From the NCBI GenBank assembly GCA_002376885.1, contig DFOW01000001.1, positions 15,381-79,380 of the forward strand: a stretch of 64,000 bases of DNA, written 5' to 3'. The first letter of the stretch is position 1. Each line of letters begins with the position of its first letter. Source of the DNA: Patescibacteria group bacterium UBA3531. GTDB lineage: Bacteria > Patescibacteriota > Minisyncoccia > Phycocordibacterales > UBA3531. Below, in pieces: positions 1-10,142 of this stretch. The notes beneath the pieces were generated by a model that saw only the letters and a list, made by a program, of their open reading frames with translations, searched no databases and was not told where the DNA came from. The position numbers and the translations under genes were made by a program.

Positions 1-356
1 GGGGCATCCCCTTCTTTGTCATAGAGATACTTGGCGTAGGTAATGTTTCCGCCTTCGGTGTAGATGTCTACTCCGAGTGCATCAATTCGCTCTTGGTGAT
101 ACAGCTTATTGATCTGACAGATTCCAATGTCGAATGGATTAACTCGCCCACGTAATACGCTTCCGTCATCGTTGTACTGATTCAGGTTACTTTCGCATGA
201 ACAAATCGCACGAAGCGTTGGGTATCCATAGAATGGATCTTTAATCTCAATTAAGTTGCTATCAACACTTGCAAAGAATGCACTTGGTGAAATAACGAGT
301 GACATAGCAAGAAGCGACGTAAGTACTCCCTTCTGTATGATTCTCGAAAAGATCAT
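1..356 (-). CDS. Secreted lysozyme-like / lytic transglycosylase-like protein, 3' end outside the window
   Basis: Not in the ORF track. Manual translation from ATG at 356 gives MIFSRIIQKGVLTSLLAMSLVISPSAFFA (signal peptide), then AICSCES...DIGICQIN...GNITYAKYLY..EG, a lysozyme-fold catalytic ES plus GxxQIN pattern. Confidence 0.7.
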   Translation of the reverse strand, partial: MIFSRIIQKGVLTSLLAMSLVISPSAFFASVDSNLIEIKDPFYGYPTLRAICSCESNLNQYNDDGSVLRGRVNPFDIGICQINKLYHQERIDALGVDIYTEGGNITYAKYLYDKEGDA

Positions 357-484
357 ATTTGTTTTTCAATTAACAATATAATTTCTATATTGGCGCCTCG
401 ACTCGGAAATATATAAGCAAGCTTATTATTTCCTCATACTACGTTGCCAATAAAAAAACACCGGCGAAAACCAGTGATGCAAGA

Positions 485-513
485 ATTGTAGACTATAAAT
501 TTACTTTTGTCAA
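485..513 (-). promoter_or_regulatory. Sigma70-type promoter for the lysozyme-like gene
   Basis: TTGACA-17 bp-TACAAT on the minus strand. Confidence 0.6.
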
Positions 514-542
514 TACCCTAAAAAGTATACCGTAAAATGGCT

Positions 543-806
543 CTACGGGGCCGTATTTTCAGTATTCACCCAATTATTAATTGGCTCTATGATAAACGGA
601 AAAAAGAGTGTATCCCATATCCAAATGAAGGGCTTCTTTAGGTAATCATTCCATAAGGTCTCAAGTACTTGCTTGGTATAGCTAAAATTATCTTGTACAG
701 TCCCCTCTTGGCTTACATCTCGTAAACTAATACCAAACAAGCTCACAATAAAGATTGCAATTGCAATAAGAATAATAAGTTTTACAAGTCCCCGCTCTGT
801 ATTCAT
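543..806 (-). CDS. Small hypothetical membrane protein
   Basis: N-terminal hydrophobic helix; TATACT lies 6 nt before the ATG. Confidence 0.7.
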   Translation of the reverse strand: MNTERGLVKLIILIAIAIFIVSLFGISLRDVSQEGTVQDNFSYTKQVLETLWNDYLKKPFIWIWDTLFFPFIIEPINNWVNTENTAP

Positions 807-818
807 AGGTTCAGTATA

Positions 819-2102
819 CTATGGCTCTGGCAGGTACGAAAGTGGATTAAGATACCCCCCTGTTTTTGTTAGAAGAGGAATACTGTACGTTACATTGGCA
901 CATGAACGACTATTAAGAGATCCTATCTTTACAGAATCACTAGCAAACACGGTAAAGTGAAGATGCGGACCTGTTGAGTACCCAGAATTACCGGTATAAC
1001 CAATAATTTGATCACTTGTTACCGTCTCTCCGCTTGAAACTCGAATGAGAGATAAGTGAGCATAGAGTGTAGTAAGACCATTATCGTGCTCTATTAAAAT
1101 CCATTTTCCATATGAAGCATTTGGACATGTTGCATCAGTGTTCCCTACTCCAAGTACTTTTCCTTGGCGTGCGGAGTATACGGTTGTCCCTATCCCTACC
1201 GCAAGGTCAATTCCATTATGTCCCCGTCCCGAATAAACCGATGGGTTGGCCGTCGCAAAAGGAGTGTTTCCATAGTATTGAGTGATAATAAAACTCTTAA
1301 GGGGCCATTCGAGTACTCCTGCTCTGGGGGTTGGAAGAAGTGATCGATCAAGTACATCTCGAAGTTCTTGCTCATAAGCGGTAAGCTCTTCCTCAAAGGC
1401 CTCTTTTTTAGCAACTCTGTCTTCTAAAAGTCGCTCAAACTCACTTTGGCGATTTTTTGTTTGATTAAGTAGGAATGCCTTCTCTTCTTTTGTGATTTCA
1501 GTGACCTCTTTTTTATCTATATACTCTCCCCTTAAATCAATAAGCTCTCCTCTGTATTCTGCTGCCTCTTTTGAAGCGGTCTCAAGTGCCAACTTATTTC
1601 TTTGAAGCTCTCCTAATTGGACGGTCATACTTTTTTGTATTGTTTGAAGATCGTTTACTGCACCCCAAAAATCAGACACGGTGTCATGAATAAAAAGTAC
1701 TTCTACAAGTGATGTAGATTCTGCCTCTTGAAGACGCAAGAGTGTTTCTCTAATCGCTTCTTTATTTCTATCAATTTTAGTTCCTGTATCGCCTATTTCA
1801 ATATCAAGGCGCTCAATGTTGAGTTCCGTATTCTCAATCCTTTTTCCTGTTACAACAATGTCTGTTTCAAGCTTTTGTTCAGTATATTGAAGCTCTTTGA
1901 TTGCGGTGTTTAGGGTTGTTGCCTCTTTTTTGGTCTCTTGGACCTTTCCTTCGTACTCTTTAATTTCTTTTTCAAGTTTTTGAACCTCACTTGCTGTTTC
2001 TGTAATCTTTGAACGAAGCTCATCCTCTCTGGAAGCATCAATAACACTTCCAGGCACCAATAAAAGAGATAGTATGAATAATAAAACTACCTGATATCGC
2101 AT
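819..2102 (-). CDS. Coiled-coil plus M23 peptidase (murein hydrolase / EnvC-like)
   Basis: Signal peptide, long coiled coil, HNGID and HLH M23 zinc motifs. Start moved to MRYQV because TACAAT lies 6 nt upstream. Confidence 0.9.
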   Translation of the reverse strand: MRYQVVLLFILSLLLVPGSVIDASREDELRSKITETASEVQKLEKEIKEYEGKVQETKKEATTLNTAIKELQYTEQKLETDIVVTGKRIENTELNIERLDIEIGDTGTKIDRNKEAIRETLLRLQEAESTSLVEVLFIHDTVSDFWGAVNDLQTIQKSMTVQLGELQRNKLALETASKEAAEYRGELIDLRGEYIDKKEVTEITKEEKAFLLNQTKNRQSEFERLLEDRVAKKEAFEEELTAYEQELRDVLDRSLLPTPRAGVLEWPLKSFIITQYYGNTPFATANPSVYSGRGHNGIDLAVGIGTTVYSARQGKVLGVGNTDATCPNASYGKWILIEHDNGLTTLYAHLSLIRVSSGETVTSDQIIGYTGNSGYSTGPHLHFTVFASDSVKIGSLNSRSCANVTYSIPLLTKTGGYLNPLSYLPEP

Positions 2103-2106
2103 ACTC

Positions 2107-3426
2107 TTATTGTAACGCATTACAAGCTTTTGTAAGTCTCTTTATGGTCTCTTCTTTCCCCAGTATTTCAGCCAGAGTAAAAGGATCTGGGCTTTTTGGG
2201 GCGCCCGAAAGGCTGTAGCGCATGGGCCACAATACATTCCCACGGCCATGTTCTTCTGCGTAACTCCAAACGGCATTTTTTATATCTTCTTTAGTGAATT
2301 CGGCATTGTTAAGAGCCTCAATGAGGGCTTCTAAGTGTCGAATAGTCTCTTCTTTAGGTGGTGCTTTTTTGTTTCCTCCAATTAAGTCTGTATCAAGAGC
2401 TGGCTCTTTGTAGTAATAAGAAAGTTCTCCGTTTTCATGAAGTTCTTGAATATCAGATGCTTTATCGATCCTTTCTTTTAAAAGTTCGTAGATAGCTTCT
2501 TTTTTAGAATGATTAATTATCTCTTCTGGAACATAGTTTTGTATGTATTTTTCAAATTCGCTTTCGTTAAGGTTTCCAACGTAGTGGCGGTTTATCCAGT
2601 TAAGTTTCTCTGTATCAAATATGGCCCCACCCTTTTGGACACTCTCAAGCGAGAACAACTTTATCATCTCCTCAAGAGACAAGATTTCTTCCTCCCCTTT
2701 TGGATGCCATCCGAGGAGTACAAGATAATTAAGGAGAGCCTCTTTTAAGTAGCCCATCTTTTTATATTCAATAATAGATACTGCTCCGTGTCGCTTTGAA
2801 AGCTTAGTCTTATCGGGTGCCAAAATAAGTGGTAAATGAGCATAAATGGGGGTTTTGTAACCCAATGCTTGTTGAATCAAAATTTGACGTGGTGTATTTG
2901 AGATTCCATCTTCTCCACGGATTACATGAGTTACATTGTGATTTGCATCATCTGCAACAACTGCCAAATGATACAAAGGACTTTCCATGTCTTTTGCAAT
3001 AACAAAATCACCAAGTGATTCAGTTTCCATAGTCACCTCTCCACGAATAATGTCTTTAAACGTTATGGGGGTTTTTGGATTTTTAAAACGAATCACTTCT
3101 GGACGATCCCCTTCTTTTTTTACTTCTTCTTGTGACACGTATGCTGCACCTTTCTCAATAAGCTCTTCAAGAACTTTTTTATGGTGCTCCATTTCTGCTT
3201 GTTGTGTGTGGGTGTGGTCCCACTCGATACCAAGCCAAGAAAGGCCTTCTTTAATGTCGTCTTCAAATTCTTTTGTGGAACGTTCTTTGTCAGTATCTTC
3301 AATCCGAAGAACAAATTCCCCTTTATTTTGTTTTGCAAAAAGATAATTAAAAAGTGCTGTTCGAGCGGTACCGACATGTAAGTATCCTGTTGGTGATGGA
3401 GCAATTCGTGTTTTTATAGAAGTCAT
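2107..3426 (-). CDS. gltX: Glutamate--tRNA ligase
   Basis: RIAPSPTGYLHVG (HIGH), RIEDTD and KLSKR motifs. Confidence 0.97.
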   Translation of the reverse strand: MTSIKTRIAPSPTGYLHVGTARTALFNYLFAKQNKGEFVLRIEDTDKERSTKEFEDDIKEGLSWLGIEWDHTHTQQAEMEHHKKVLEELIEKGAAYVSQEEVKKEGDRPEVIRFKNPKTPITFKDIIRGEVTMETESLGDFVIAKDMESPLYHLAVVADDANHNVTHVIRGEDGISNTPRQILIQQALGYKTPIYAHLPLILAPDKTKLSKRHGAVSIIEYKKMGYLKEALLNYLVLLGWHPKGEEEILSLEEMIKLFSLESVQKGGAIFDTEKLNWINRHYVGNLNESEFEKYIQNYVPEEIINHSKKEAIYELLKERIDKASDIQELHENGELSYYYKEPALDTDLIGGNKKAPPKEETIRHLEALIEALNNAEFTKEDIKNAVWSYAEEHGRGNVLWPMRYSLSGAPKSPDPFTLAEILGKEETIKRLTKACNALQ

Positions 3427-3427
3427 A

Positions 3428-4549
3428 TTACTTGTGTGAACGCGTTATTCGAATAAGTTCTTCTGCGATTTGCTTACCTGCCTCGGGGTGGGCAAGAGAT
3501 TTTAAGGCGTCTCGCATAGCAACATATCCTCCTTGATTGTCAGTGATTCGTTTGAGTTCTGATAAAAATACTGCCTCAGTTAAGTTCTTTTCTTCTATCA
3601 CTGCTGCGCCTTTTCTTCGTGCCAAACTATAGGCGTTGGTTCTTTGATCTCGAGAGATCTCTTCTGGGATAGGAATCAAAATTGAAGGAATCCCCCAATG
3701 GGCGAACTCTAAAATACCAGACCCAGATCGGGAAACGATAAGCGTTGTGATCCCCGCCATTCGTCTCATTCCCTCTTCGTCTAGTGTTGGTACCGCTTTG
3801 TATCGTTCTTTTCCTTTAGCTTTCTCAAAAATAATACGAGCTCGTGCTTCCATATCTTTAAAATTCTTCTCTCCTGTTTGGTGGATTACCTGAAATTGTT
3901 CTACAAGCGTAGGGAGCATATCTAAAATAAAATCATTAATGCGTTGAGCTCCTTGGGAACCTCCTAATACACACAAAACAGGCCCTGGCTGGAATGAAAA
4001 GTGTTCAAACGAACCTTCTTTAATAGGGGTTCTGAGTGCTTCGCGCACTGGTTGCCCCGTAACAGCAGTTTTAGCTTCTGGGAAAAATTCTGCAGCCTCC
4101 TCCCACGATATTGCTACTCGACGAGCAAATTTGCCTGCCCATTTATTTACACGCCCAGGCACCGTGTCTGAATCATGAATCACAACAGGAATTGCTAAAA
4201 GACGTGCCGCAAAAAGTGTTGGGAAGCTTGCATACCCCCCTTTTCCAAAAATAACGTCGGGATAAATAATAAGGAGTCGGATGATGGCAACTAAAATACC
4301 AATGCTGGTTACAAAAAAATCTAAAATGTTTCGAGGGGAAAAATACGTACGAACCTTTCCCGCCGGAATTTTTATAAACTGAATTGAATGACTATCTAAC
4401 AGTTTTTGGTCGTAAGGAGTATTTGATAAAAAATAAAGAGAAAGATCGTTCAATCCTTCTTGTTCTTTTATTTTTTGTATTTCTTCAGCAACGGCAAGGA
4501 TGGGGTAAAAATGTCCTCCTGTGCCACCACCGGTAAATGCGATCTTCAT
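3428..4549 (-). CDS. murG: Lipid II GlcNAc transferase MurG
   Basis: GGGTGGH, GGYAS and GGSQGA motifs; adjacent to ftsW and mraY. Confidence 0.96.
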   Translation of the reverse strand: MKIAFTGGGTGGHFYPILAVAEEIQKIKEQEGLNDLSLYFLSNTPYDQKLLDSHSIQFIKIPAGKVRTYFSPRNILDFFVTSIGILVAIIRLLIIYPDVIFGKGGYASFPTLFAARLLAIPVVIHDSDTVPGRVNKWAGKFARRVAISWEEAAEFFPEAKTAVTGQPVREALRTPIKEGSFEHFSFQPGPVLCVLGGSQGAQRINDFILDMLPTLVEQFQVIHQTGEKNFKDMEARARIIFEKAKGKERYKAVPTLDEEGMRRMAGITTLIVSRSGSGILEFAHWGIPSILIPIPEEISRDQRTNAYSLARRKGAAVIEEKNLTEAVFLSELKRITDNQGGYVAMRDALKSLAHPEAGKQIAEELIRITRSHK

Positions 4550-4551
4550 TC

Positions 4552-5652
4552 TTAATGTTGATATTTGGAGATATTGAGGATGATCCCTACCTCAAGGAGC
4601 GTAAATAAAAGTGCTGTTCCGCCCTGACTCACAAATAAAATAGGGACTCCAGAGAGCGGAAACACTCCAAGCATCGCGCCAATATTCAAAAATGACTGCG
4701 ACACAACTAGTATAACAATTCCCAAAACAAACAGTCTACTAAAGGAATCGGGTGCCCGAGCAGCTATTTTAAACCCTAAAAGTGCGAATAAAAAGAAGAG
4801 TAGTATCAGTAAAAAGCTTCCAATAAATCCAGATTCTTCACCCCATACCGCAAAAATAGAGTCCCCGATTGGTTCAGGTAAGTAGTTAAATTTTTGAATA
4901 CTCTGCCCCAATCCCCTTCCGGAGACCCCTCCTGATCCAATAGCAATAAGCGATTGTCTAATTTGGTACCCCTCATTAAGCGGATCAACCAAGTTTGGAG
5001 TAATAAAGGTTAAGAGCCTATCTTTAACATAGGGCCTCGCAACAGCAAGTCCGGCGATTCCAAGAAGCATAATAAGAGCAATAATTACAAAATGCGCAAA
5101 GCGTCCTCCTGCTATAAAAAACATGGTGAGACCAGTAATTACAATCACCACAAAAAGTCCCGTATTTGGTTGTGCTAAAAGAAGCGCACCAATTAATCCA
5201 AACATAACAAGCATAGGAAGTGTTCCATACTTTAAATCTTTAATTTTGTCTCGCACAGCAGAAAGCCATGCCGAAAAATATAAAACAAAACCAAACTTTA
5301 AAAACTCTGCCGGCTGGAACGATAACGGCCCTAGGTTAATCCATCGCTTTGCACCACCAAGCTCAAGTCCAACCCCCGGGATAAATACAAGGAGTGTCGC
5401 AATAAGAGACAATATAAAAATTAAAAAAGCATACTGCTTCCAAACTTTATAATTTATTTTGGACGCAACAAAAAGTGCCAAAAGTCCACCAACTACTCCA
5501 ATCAATAATTGTTTTGCAAGAACCCAGGTAAAGTTAGCACCGTCGCGAACAAGAAGTCCTAAAGAAGCACTTACAAAAATACCAAGTCCAAATAAAAGTA
5601 GTAAAAGCGTGACAATGAGGAATGACCTATCGACATTGCTTCGTGCCCCCAT
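4552..5652 (-). CDS. ftsW: SEDS peptidoglycan polymerase FtsW
   Basis: GAKRWI, FQPAEFLK, GYQ..QSLIAIGSGG and LPE..GD motifs; lies between mraY and murG. Confidence 0.93.
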   Translation of the reverse strand: MGARSNVDRSFLIVTLLLLLFGLGIFVSASLGLLVRDGANFTWVLAKQLLIGVVGGLLALFVASKINYKVWKQYAFLIFILSLIATLLVFIPGVGLELGGAKRWINLGPLSFQPAEFLKFGFVLYFSAWLSAVRDKIKDLKYGTLPMLVMFGLIGALLLAQPNTGLFVVIVITGLTMFFIAGGRFAHFVIIALIMLLGIAGLAVARPYVKDRLLTFITPNLVDPLNEGYQIRQSLIAIGSGGVSGRGLGQSIQKFNYLPEPIGDSIFAVWGEESGFIGSFLLILLFFLFALLGFKIAARAPDSFSRLFVLGIVILVVSQSFLNIGAMLGVFPLSGVPILFVSQGGTALLFTLLEVGIILNISKYQH

Positions 5653-5655
5653 ACT

Positions 5656-6717
5656 CTATCCAATGAGTGCAATAATCATTCCAAAGATAGCAAAAACTAC
5701 TCCCACTACCCAAAATCGCATGGTTACTTTGTGTGCTGGCCATCCAAGCGCTTCAAAATGATGATGAATCGGCGCAACAAGAAATACCTTTTTACCGTTA
5801 CGCATTTTTTTAGAGCTAGTTTGAATGATCACTGATGCTGAAGCAAGGTAAAGTGGAAAGGCAATTACCAAAAGCGGTACCACTGCCTCTGTTAAAAAGG
5901 CAATTACAGAAAGCGTTGCCGTAAGTCCAATCATTCCTGTCTCTCCCATATAAAATCGTGCTGGTGGAATATTGAACCATAAAAAGGCAAGTATTCCTCC
6001 TGCTATCACTGCAGAAAGCGCCGCAATATCAATTTGATCTTGAAAGAAAGCAATACCAGCATATGCTGCAAAAATTGATGCCATGGTCCCTCCTGCTAAT
6101 CCATCCAAACCATCAATTACTCCACCCGAGAAAAGCGAGAGCATAACCATCATAAAGAATGGAATAAAGAGGATTCCAAGCTCAAAACTTTCACTCAAAA
6201 ATGGAATAGGGATAGCAGAGTATTCAAGTTTAAAGTAAAACCACCATGCCCCTACAAGCCCGATTAAAAGCACGAGCCCAATTCTTCGTGTAAGTGACAG
6301 CCCGCCTGCAATATAGGTTCCCCCTCCGCGAACCATTAAAATGTCGTCAATTAAACCAACAAGAGACGCTGCAAATAAAGTAAAGAGCGGGAGCCACGTT
6401 TGATTATTTGAGAGAAAGTTTATTTTTTCAGAAAAAGGAGTTGGAAATACCATAGAAATAGCCCAGAACAAAAAAGTTGTTAGAAGGACACTTCCCCAAA
6501 TAACAATGCCTCCCATGCGTGGTGTTCCTACTTCTTTTTCTTTATGAAGCTTATTAAAGATAGGAGTTCCTCCACCTGCCAAGCCTTCTGTCCTTGCCTT
6601 CTTTTTCCATGCTTTGTACTTGTACAAATAGTGAGCAACAATGGGTGTGATAGCAATTCCAATAACAAAAGCGGTTGTTGATGGAAGTAAAATTTTTACA
6701 AAGCTATCAATTGGCAT
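5656..6717 (-). CDS. mraY: Phospho-N-acetylmuramoyl-pentapeptide transferase
   Basis: GTPRMGG, DGLDGL, MGETG and APIHHHFE motifs. Confidence 0.96.
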   Translation of the reverse strand: MPIDSFVKILLPSTTAFVIGIAITPIVAHYLYKYKAWKKKARTEGLAGGGTPIFNKLHKEKEVGTPRMGGIVIWGSVLLTTFLFWAISMVFPTPFSEKINFLSNNQTWLPLFTLFAASLVGLIDDILMVRGGGTYIAGGLSLTRRIGLVLLIGLVGAWWFYFKLEYSAIPIPFLSESFELGILFIPFFMMVMLSLFSGGVIDGLDGLAGGTMASIFAAYAGIAFFQDQIDIAALSAVIAGGILAFLWFNIPPARFYMGETGMIGLTATLSVIAFLTEAVVPLLVIAFPLYLASASVIIQTSSKKMRNGKKVFLVAPIHHHFEALGWPAHKVTMRFWVVGVVFAIFGMIIALIG

Positions 6718-6729
6718 ACTAAGATAACG

Positions 6730-7623
6730 TTAATATTTAAAAGTTGCCCACACTAATTCTTCAACATCAGTAAAACGATCTTCTTTGGTTGAGCCAAGAA
6801 CAACAACTGCAATAGGGTGTCCTGGTTCTTTTTCAAACACAACAGCTAGGTTTCCTCCTGCAAGGTCGGTAAAACCAGTTTTCCCTGCTAAAAGTGAAGG
6901 AATATTGTTGGTAATAACGTTAGTGTTGCTTATTGTGTGTGCTCCGTAATTTAACGAGTATACCGTTGCGCTTTCGTTTTTTGTTTTCCCAAACAAGTCG
7001 TAATGATTTTGAACTGCATATCCTAAAAGATCAGCGGTGTCTTCTGCAGAACCATAGGACCCACCAATATAGTCGGTAACATCAAGACCTGACTCGTTTA
7101 AATAGTAGGTATTAGACAGCCCAAGTTCTTCTGCCTTTTTATTCATCTCTTCAATAAGATCAACATTAAATGATGATTCAACGGTTGATTTAATAGCACT
7201 ACTTCCGTCATTTGAAGAAATCAAAAGAGTAAGTCCTAAAAGCTCTTTACTTTCCCATAGCTCATCCAAAAAAAGTCCGCTATCCCCTTCAGTCATTAAG
7301 TCACGTTCTTCTATAGAGACAAGTGCTGTATCTCCCAAATATTCACGAGCAACAATCGATGACATTACTTTGGTAAGAGACGCTAGTGGATGTTTTTCAT
7401 TTTTATTTTTTGCATATAAAACTTCTCCTGTCTTTAGGTCTTTTACAATCCCTGCTTGCCCAACAATGGTAACACTTGGGAAGGTGCGTGCTGGTTCTAT
7501 AACTTCCGCCTCTGTTTCTACTTGCAAATCATCAACAAATGGCAAGAAGGTAAGTAAAACAAGCAAAAGAATGCCTACACCGTAGAAAATTTCGTCCTTG
7601 TATTCTTTAAAGCGATTCATCAT
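6730..7623 (-). CDS. D-alanyl-D-alanine carboxypeptidase (peptidase S11, DacA-like)
   Basis: SLTK (SxxK), SSN (SxN) and KTG motifs; N-terminal transmembrane helix. Confidence 0.9.
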   Translation of the reverse strand: MMNRFKEYKDEIFYGVGILLLVLLTFLPFVDDLQVETEAEVIEPARTFPSVTIVGQAGIVKDLKTGEVLYAKNKNEKHPLASLTKVMSSIVAREYLGDTALVSIEERDLMTEGDSGLFLDELWESKELLGLTLLISSNDGSSAIKSTVESSFNVDLIEEMNKKAEELGLSNTYYLNESGLDVTDYIGGSYGSAEDTADLLGYAVQNHYDLFGKTKNESATVYSLNYGAHTISNTNVITNNIPSLLAGKTGFTDLAGGNLAVVFEKEPGHPIAVVVLGSTKEDRFTDVEELVWATFKY

Positions 7624-8149
7624 CTCGTGTTTCTAATGACTGTTGCATTGTAGCATTATATTGCTCGTATTCTGGGAGCTCTTTTTGCTCTTTTATACCC
7701 AAATGAGAGAAAAGATCGTTAGTGGGCCGATATAAAAAGGTTCTGGCGTCGGCTGGGTTTGGAGTCTTTTCAATAAGTCCGCGAATTAAAAGGTTCCGCA
7801 AAATAAACCCCGAATTTACCCCTCTTACATAATCAATGTCGCTTTTGGTAATAGGGGCTCTGTATAAAATAATAGAAAGTGTTTCAAGCGCTGCTTTAGT
7901 AAGCGGCCCAGTGACTTCTTCTTTCGCAAGCGTATCAATAAGTTCAGAAACGTCTTGATGTGTTCCGAGTGTTATATCTTGATCCCGAATAACAGCAACA
8001 ATCCCCCGGTCTTCAAGCGACTGACTAAGTTCGTGGCATGCATTTTTTATCTCTTCCTCACTTTTGTTAAGCGTTTTTGCAAGGTATTTAAACATGAGAG
8101 GTTCTCCCTTAAAAAATAGTAATGCTTCTATGGTTTGGTTTAGGTTCAT
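7607..8149 (-). CDS. scpB: SMC-Scp complex subunit ScpB
   Basis: IEALLF, ALETLSIILYRAPIT and RGVNS motifs; follows scpA. Confidence 0.95.
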   Translation of the reverse strand: MNLNQTIEALLFFKGEPLMFKYLAKTLNKSEEEIKNACHELSQSLEDRGIVAVIRDQDITLGTHQDVSELIDTLAKEEVTGPLTKAALETLSIILYRAPITKSDIDYVRGVNSGFILRNLLIRGLIEKTPNPADARTFLYRPTNDLFSHLGIKEQKELPEYEQYNATMQQSLETRDDESL

Positions 8150-8880
8150 GCTTCTTGTTTGTGAGTTTCTATCGTAATATCGTCAAACTTTTCAGATTGG
8201 GTTGCGTGTACTACCTCTTGCTTCACAAGCTCAAGGATTGCTAAAAAGCTTACCACAACATTAAGCTTCTCTTCCTTCCCCATTGGTTCTTCTTTATGTC
8301 CTGAGATTTTTTTAAAGCTCGTAGAAAGACTCACCTGGACTTTTTCTCGTAAGTTATCAATCATCTCTTCAAGACTCATTACTTTTGCAATGGTTGCCTC
8401 GGGAGTTTTTTCAGTCCCTGGAAGAGTTTTTAAACAACTTGCCAAAAGAGAACTAAGTTCGTTCACATTGGTTCGTTCGTCAGGAGAAAAGAATGGTTCG
8501 GGAGTAAAGCTTCGTTTGCCCCAAAAGATTTTTCTTTTTCCATACTGTTTATCTATATGTTCAGAAAGTCGTTTGATTTCTTTATAATCACGTAAACGTT
8601 TCTCCAACTCTTCGATACTTTGCTCTTCCTCTTCAGATAGTTCGAGGGTTGGCAGCAAAGAGAGTGATTTAAGAAGCAAAAGAGCGCTTGCCACCAATAA
8701 AAAGTGCGCGGTTTGTGCAATAGGAAGGTTTTCTAGCTTTTGTAGGTGCTCGATATATCCGTCTGCTACTTCTTTAAGAGAGACTTCATTGATAGAAAGT
8801 TGTTTTTTTTCGATTAAATCAAGAAGGAGTTCGAGGGGTCCCTCAAACTCCCCCACGCGCGCAGTAAAGGTTTCTGTCAT
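8146..8880 (-). CDS. scpA: Segregation/condensation protein A (kleisin)
   Basis: FEGPLELLLDLI at the N-terminus and FLAILELVK at the C-terminus. Confidence 0.95.
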   Translation of the reverse strand: MTETFTARVGEFEGPLELLLDLIEKKQLSINEVSLKEVADGYIEHLQKLENLPIAQTAHFLLVASALLLLKSLSLLPTLELSEEEEQSIEELEKRLRDYKEIKRLSEHIDKQYGKRKIFWGKRSFTPEPFFSPDERTNVNELSSLLASCLKTLPGTEKTPEATIAKVMSLEEMIDNLREKVQVSLSTSFKKISGHKEEPMGKEEKLNVVVSFLAILELVKQEVVHATQSEKFDDITIETHKQEA

Positions 8881-8918
8881 GGCAAAATAGTACCATTTTA
8901 AGCCATTTTTTCAAGGTT

Positions 8919-9809
8919 TTAGAGTGTTGATAGTGCTTTGTCTATCGAAGGATATTTATAGGCAAATTGGGCTTCTTTAAGCTTCTTGGGTGTAACCTTC
9001 TGACTCCCTAAAATAACACTTCCAAGTTCCCCCATCACGAGTTTTAATGCAAACCCGGGAACAAAAAAGAGAGTTGGTCTCTTGAGGGCTTTCCCCAATG
9101 CTTTAGTAAACACTTTATTTCTTACTGGTTCAGGAGAGACCGCATTAATAGGCCCTTCGAGTGAATCATCTATAAGAGCTTTTTTATATACCTCAATAAG
9201 ATCATCAATGTGGATCCATGAAAACCATTGCTCTCCATTCCCAAGCTTCCCCCCTAAAAACCATTTAAATACAGGAACAAGTTTTTTAAGCATTCCCCCA
9301 CCCGGACCAAGCACAATCCCTGTCCGTACCGAAACGGTCCGCATACCTAAATCATTAAATTGTTCTCGGGCACGTTCCCATGCAATACACACGGTAGCTA
9401 AAAAATCCCCTCCCGGCGGCAAACTCTCGGTCAATTCGGTCTCTCCTTGTGCTCCGTAATAACCAATAGCTGATGCACTTATAAAAATAGATGGCCTTGT
9501 ATCGCCCTCTTTACACTTCTCATATAAAGCCTCTGCTGTTTTTACGCGACTCTCAACAATGAGCTCTTTGTAGTCTTTAGTCCACCTTCCAAAAATATTT
9601 ACTCCCGCTAAGTGCACAATTGCATCACACTCCAAAACTCTTTCAGGAACTTCTTCCTTCATTAAATCTACTTTTACAAACGAAGCCCCTTGGACTGATT
9701 GTTTGGGTGGATGAAGATCAAGAATTAAAACGGCATGACCGTCACGCGCAAGAGATTCTGAAAGTTTAGAGCCAACAAATCCGGCTCCTCCGGTAATAGC
9801 GATGTTCAT
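8919..9809 (-). CDS. NAD-dependent epimerase, YfcH/TIGR01777-like
   Basis: MNIAITGGAGFVG Rossmann start, SASAIGYYG, GEQWFSWIHIDD. Start trimmed relative to the ORF track. Confidence 0.9.
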   Translation of the reverse strand: MNIAITGGAGFVGSKLSESLARDGHAVLILDLHPPKQSVQGASFVKVDLMKEEVPERVLECDAIVHLAGVNIFGRWTKDYKELIVESRVKTAEALYEKCKEGDTRPSIFISASAIGYYGAQGETELTESLPPGGDFLATVCIAWERAREQFNDLGMRTVSVRTGIVLGPGGGMLKKLVPVFKWFLGGKLGNGEQWFSWIHIDDLIEVYKKALIDDSLEGPINAVSPEPVRNKVFTKALGKALKRPTLFFVPGFALKLVMGELGSVILGSQKVTPKKLKEAQFAYKYPSIDKALSTL

Positions 9810-9862
9810 GTATTGAAGTATACCAAAATGTATGATTGTATTGCGTATAGAAAGGAGCACTC

Positions 9863-10084
9863 ATGGAGGGCCTTACCCCGAAAGAGATCGGTATTGCAAT
9901 CGCAGTCATTGTATGGGTTGCTTTCTGGATTACTCTCATCATCGTAATGTGGGGCCAGAGGTGCAGTGTATGCAATGAGAAGATCGCCATCCTTGAACCG
10001 CGCTACTTCGATGAGGAGGAGAAGCCCTACCACATCGACTGTGCAAGGGTACGTCGTTTCAAGGAGAAAGCCACCGGAGACTAA
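9863..10084 (+). CDS. Small membrane-anchored zinc-finger protein (CxxC-x19-HxxC)
   Basis: SD GAAAGGAG; one TM helix then CSVC...HIDC; a terminator overlaps the stop codon. Confidence 0.75.
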   Translation: MEGLTPKEIGIAIAVIVWVAFWITLIIVMWGQRCSVCNEKIAILEPRYFDEEEKPYHIDCARVRRFKEKATGD

Positions 10085-10104
10085 ACCGGTGGTTCTCTTT
10101 TTTT
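10070..10104 (+). terminator. Intrinsic terminator
   Basis: GCCACCGG/CCGGTGGT stem followed by a T-run. Confidence 0.7.
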
Positions 10105-10142
10105 GTATGTATGATATAACGCTATTTAGAAGGGGGGGTCCT

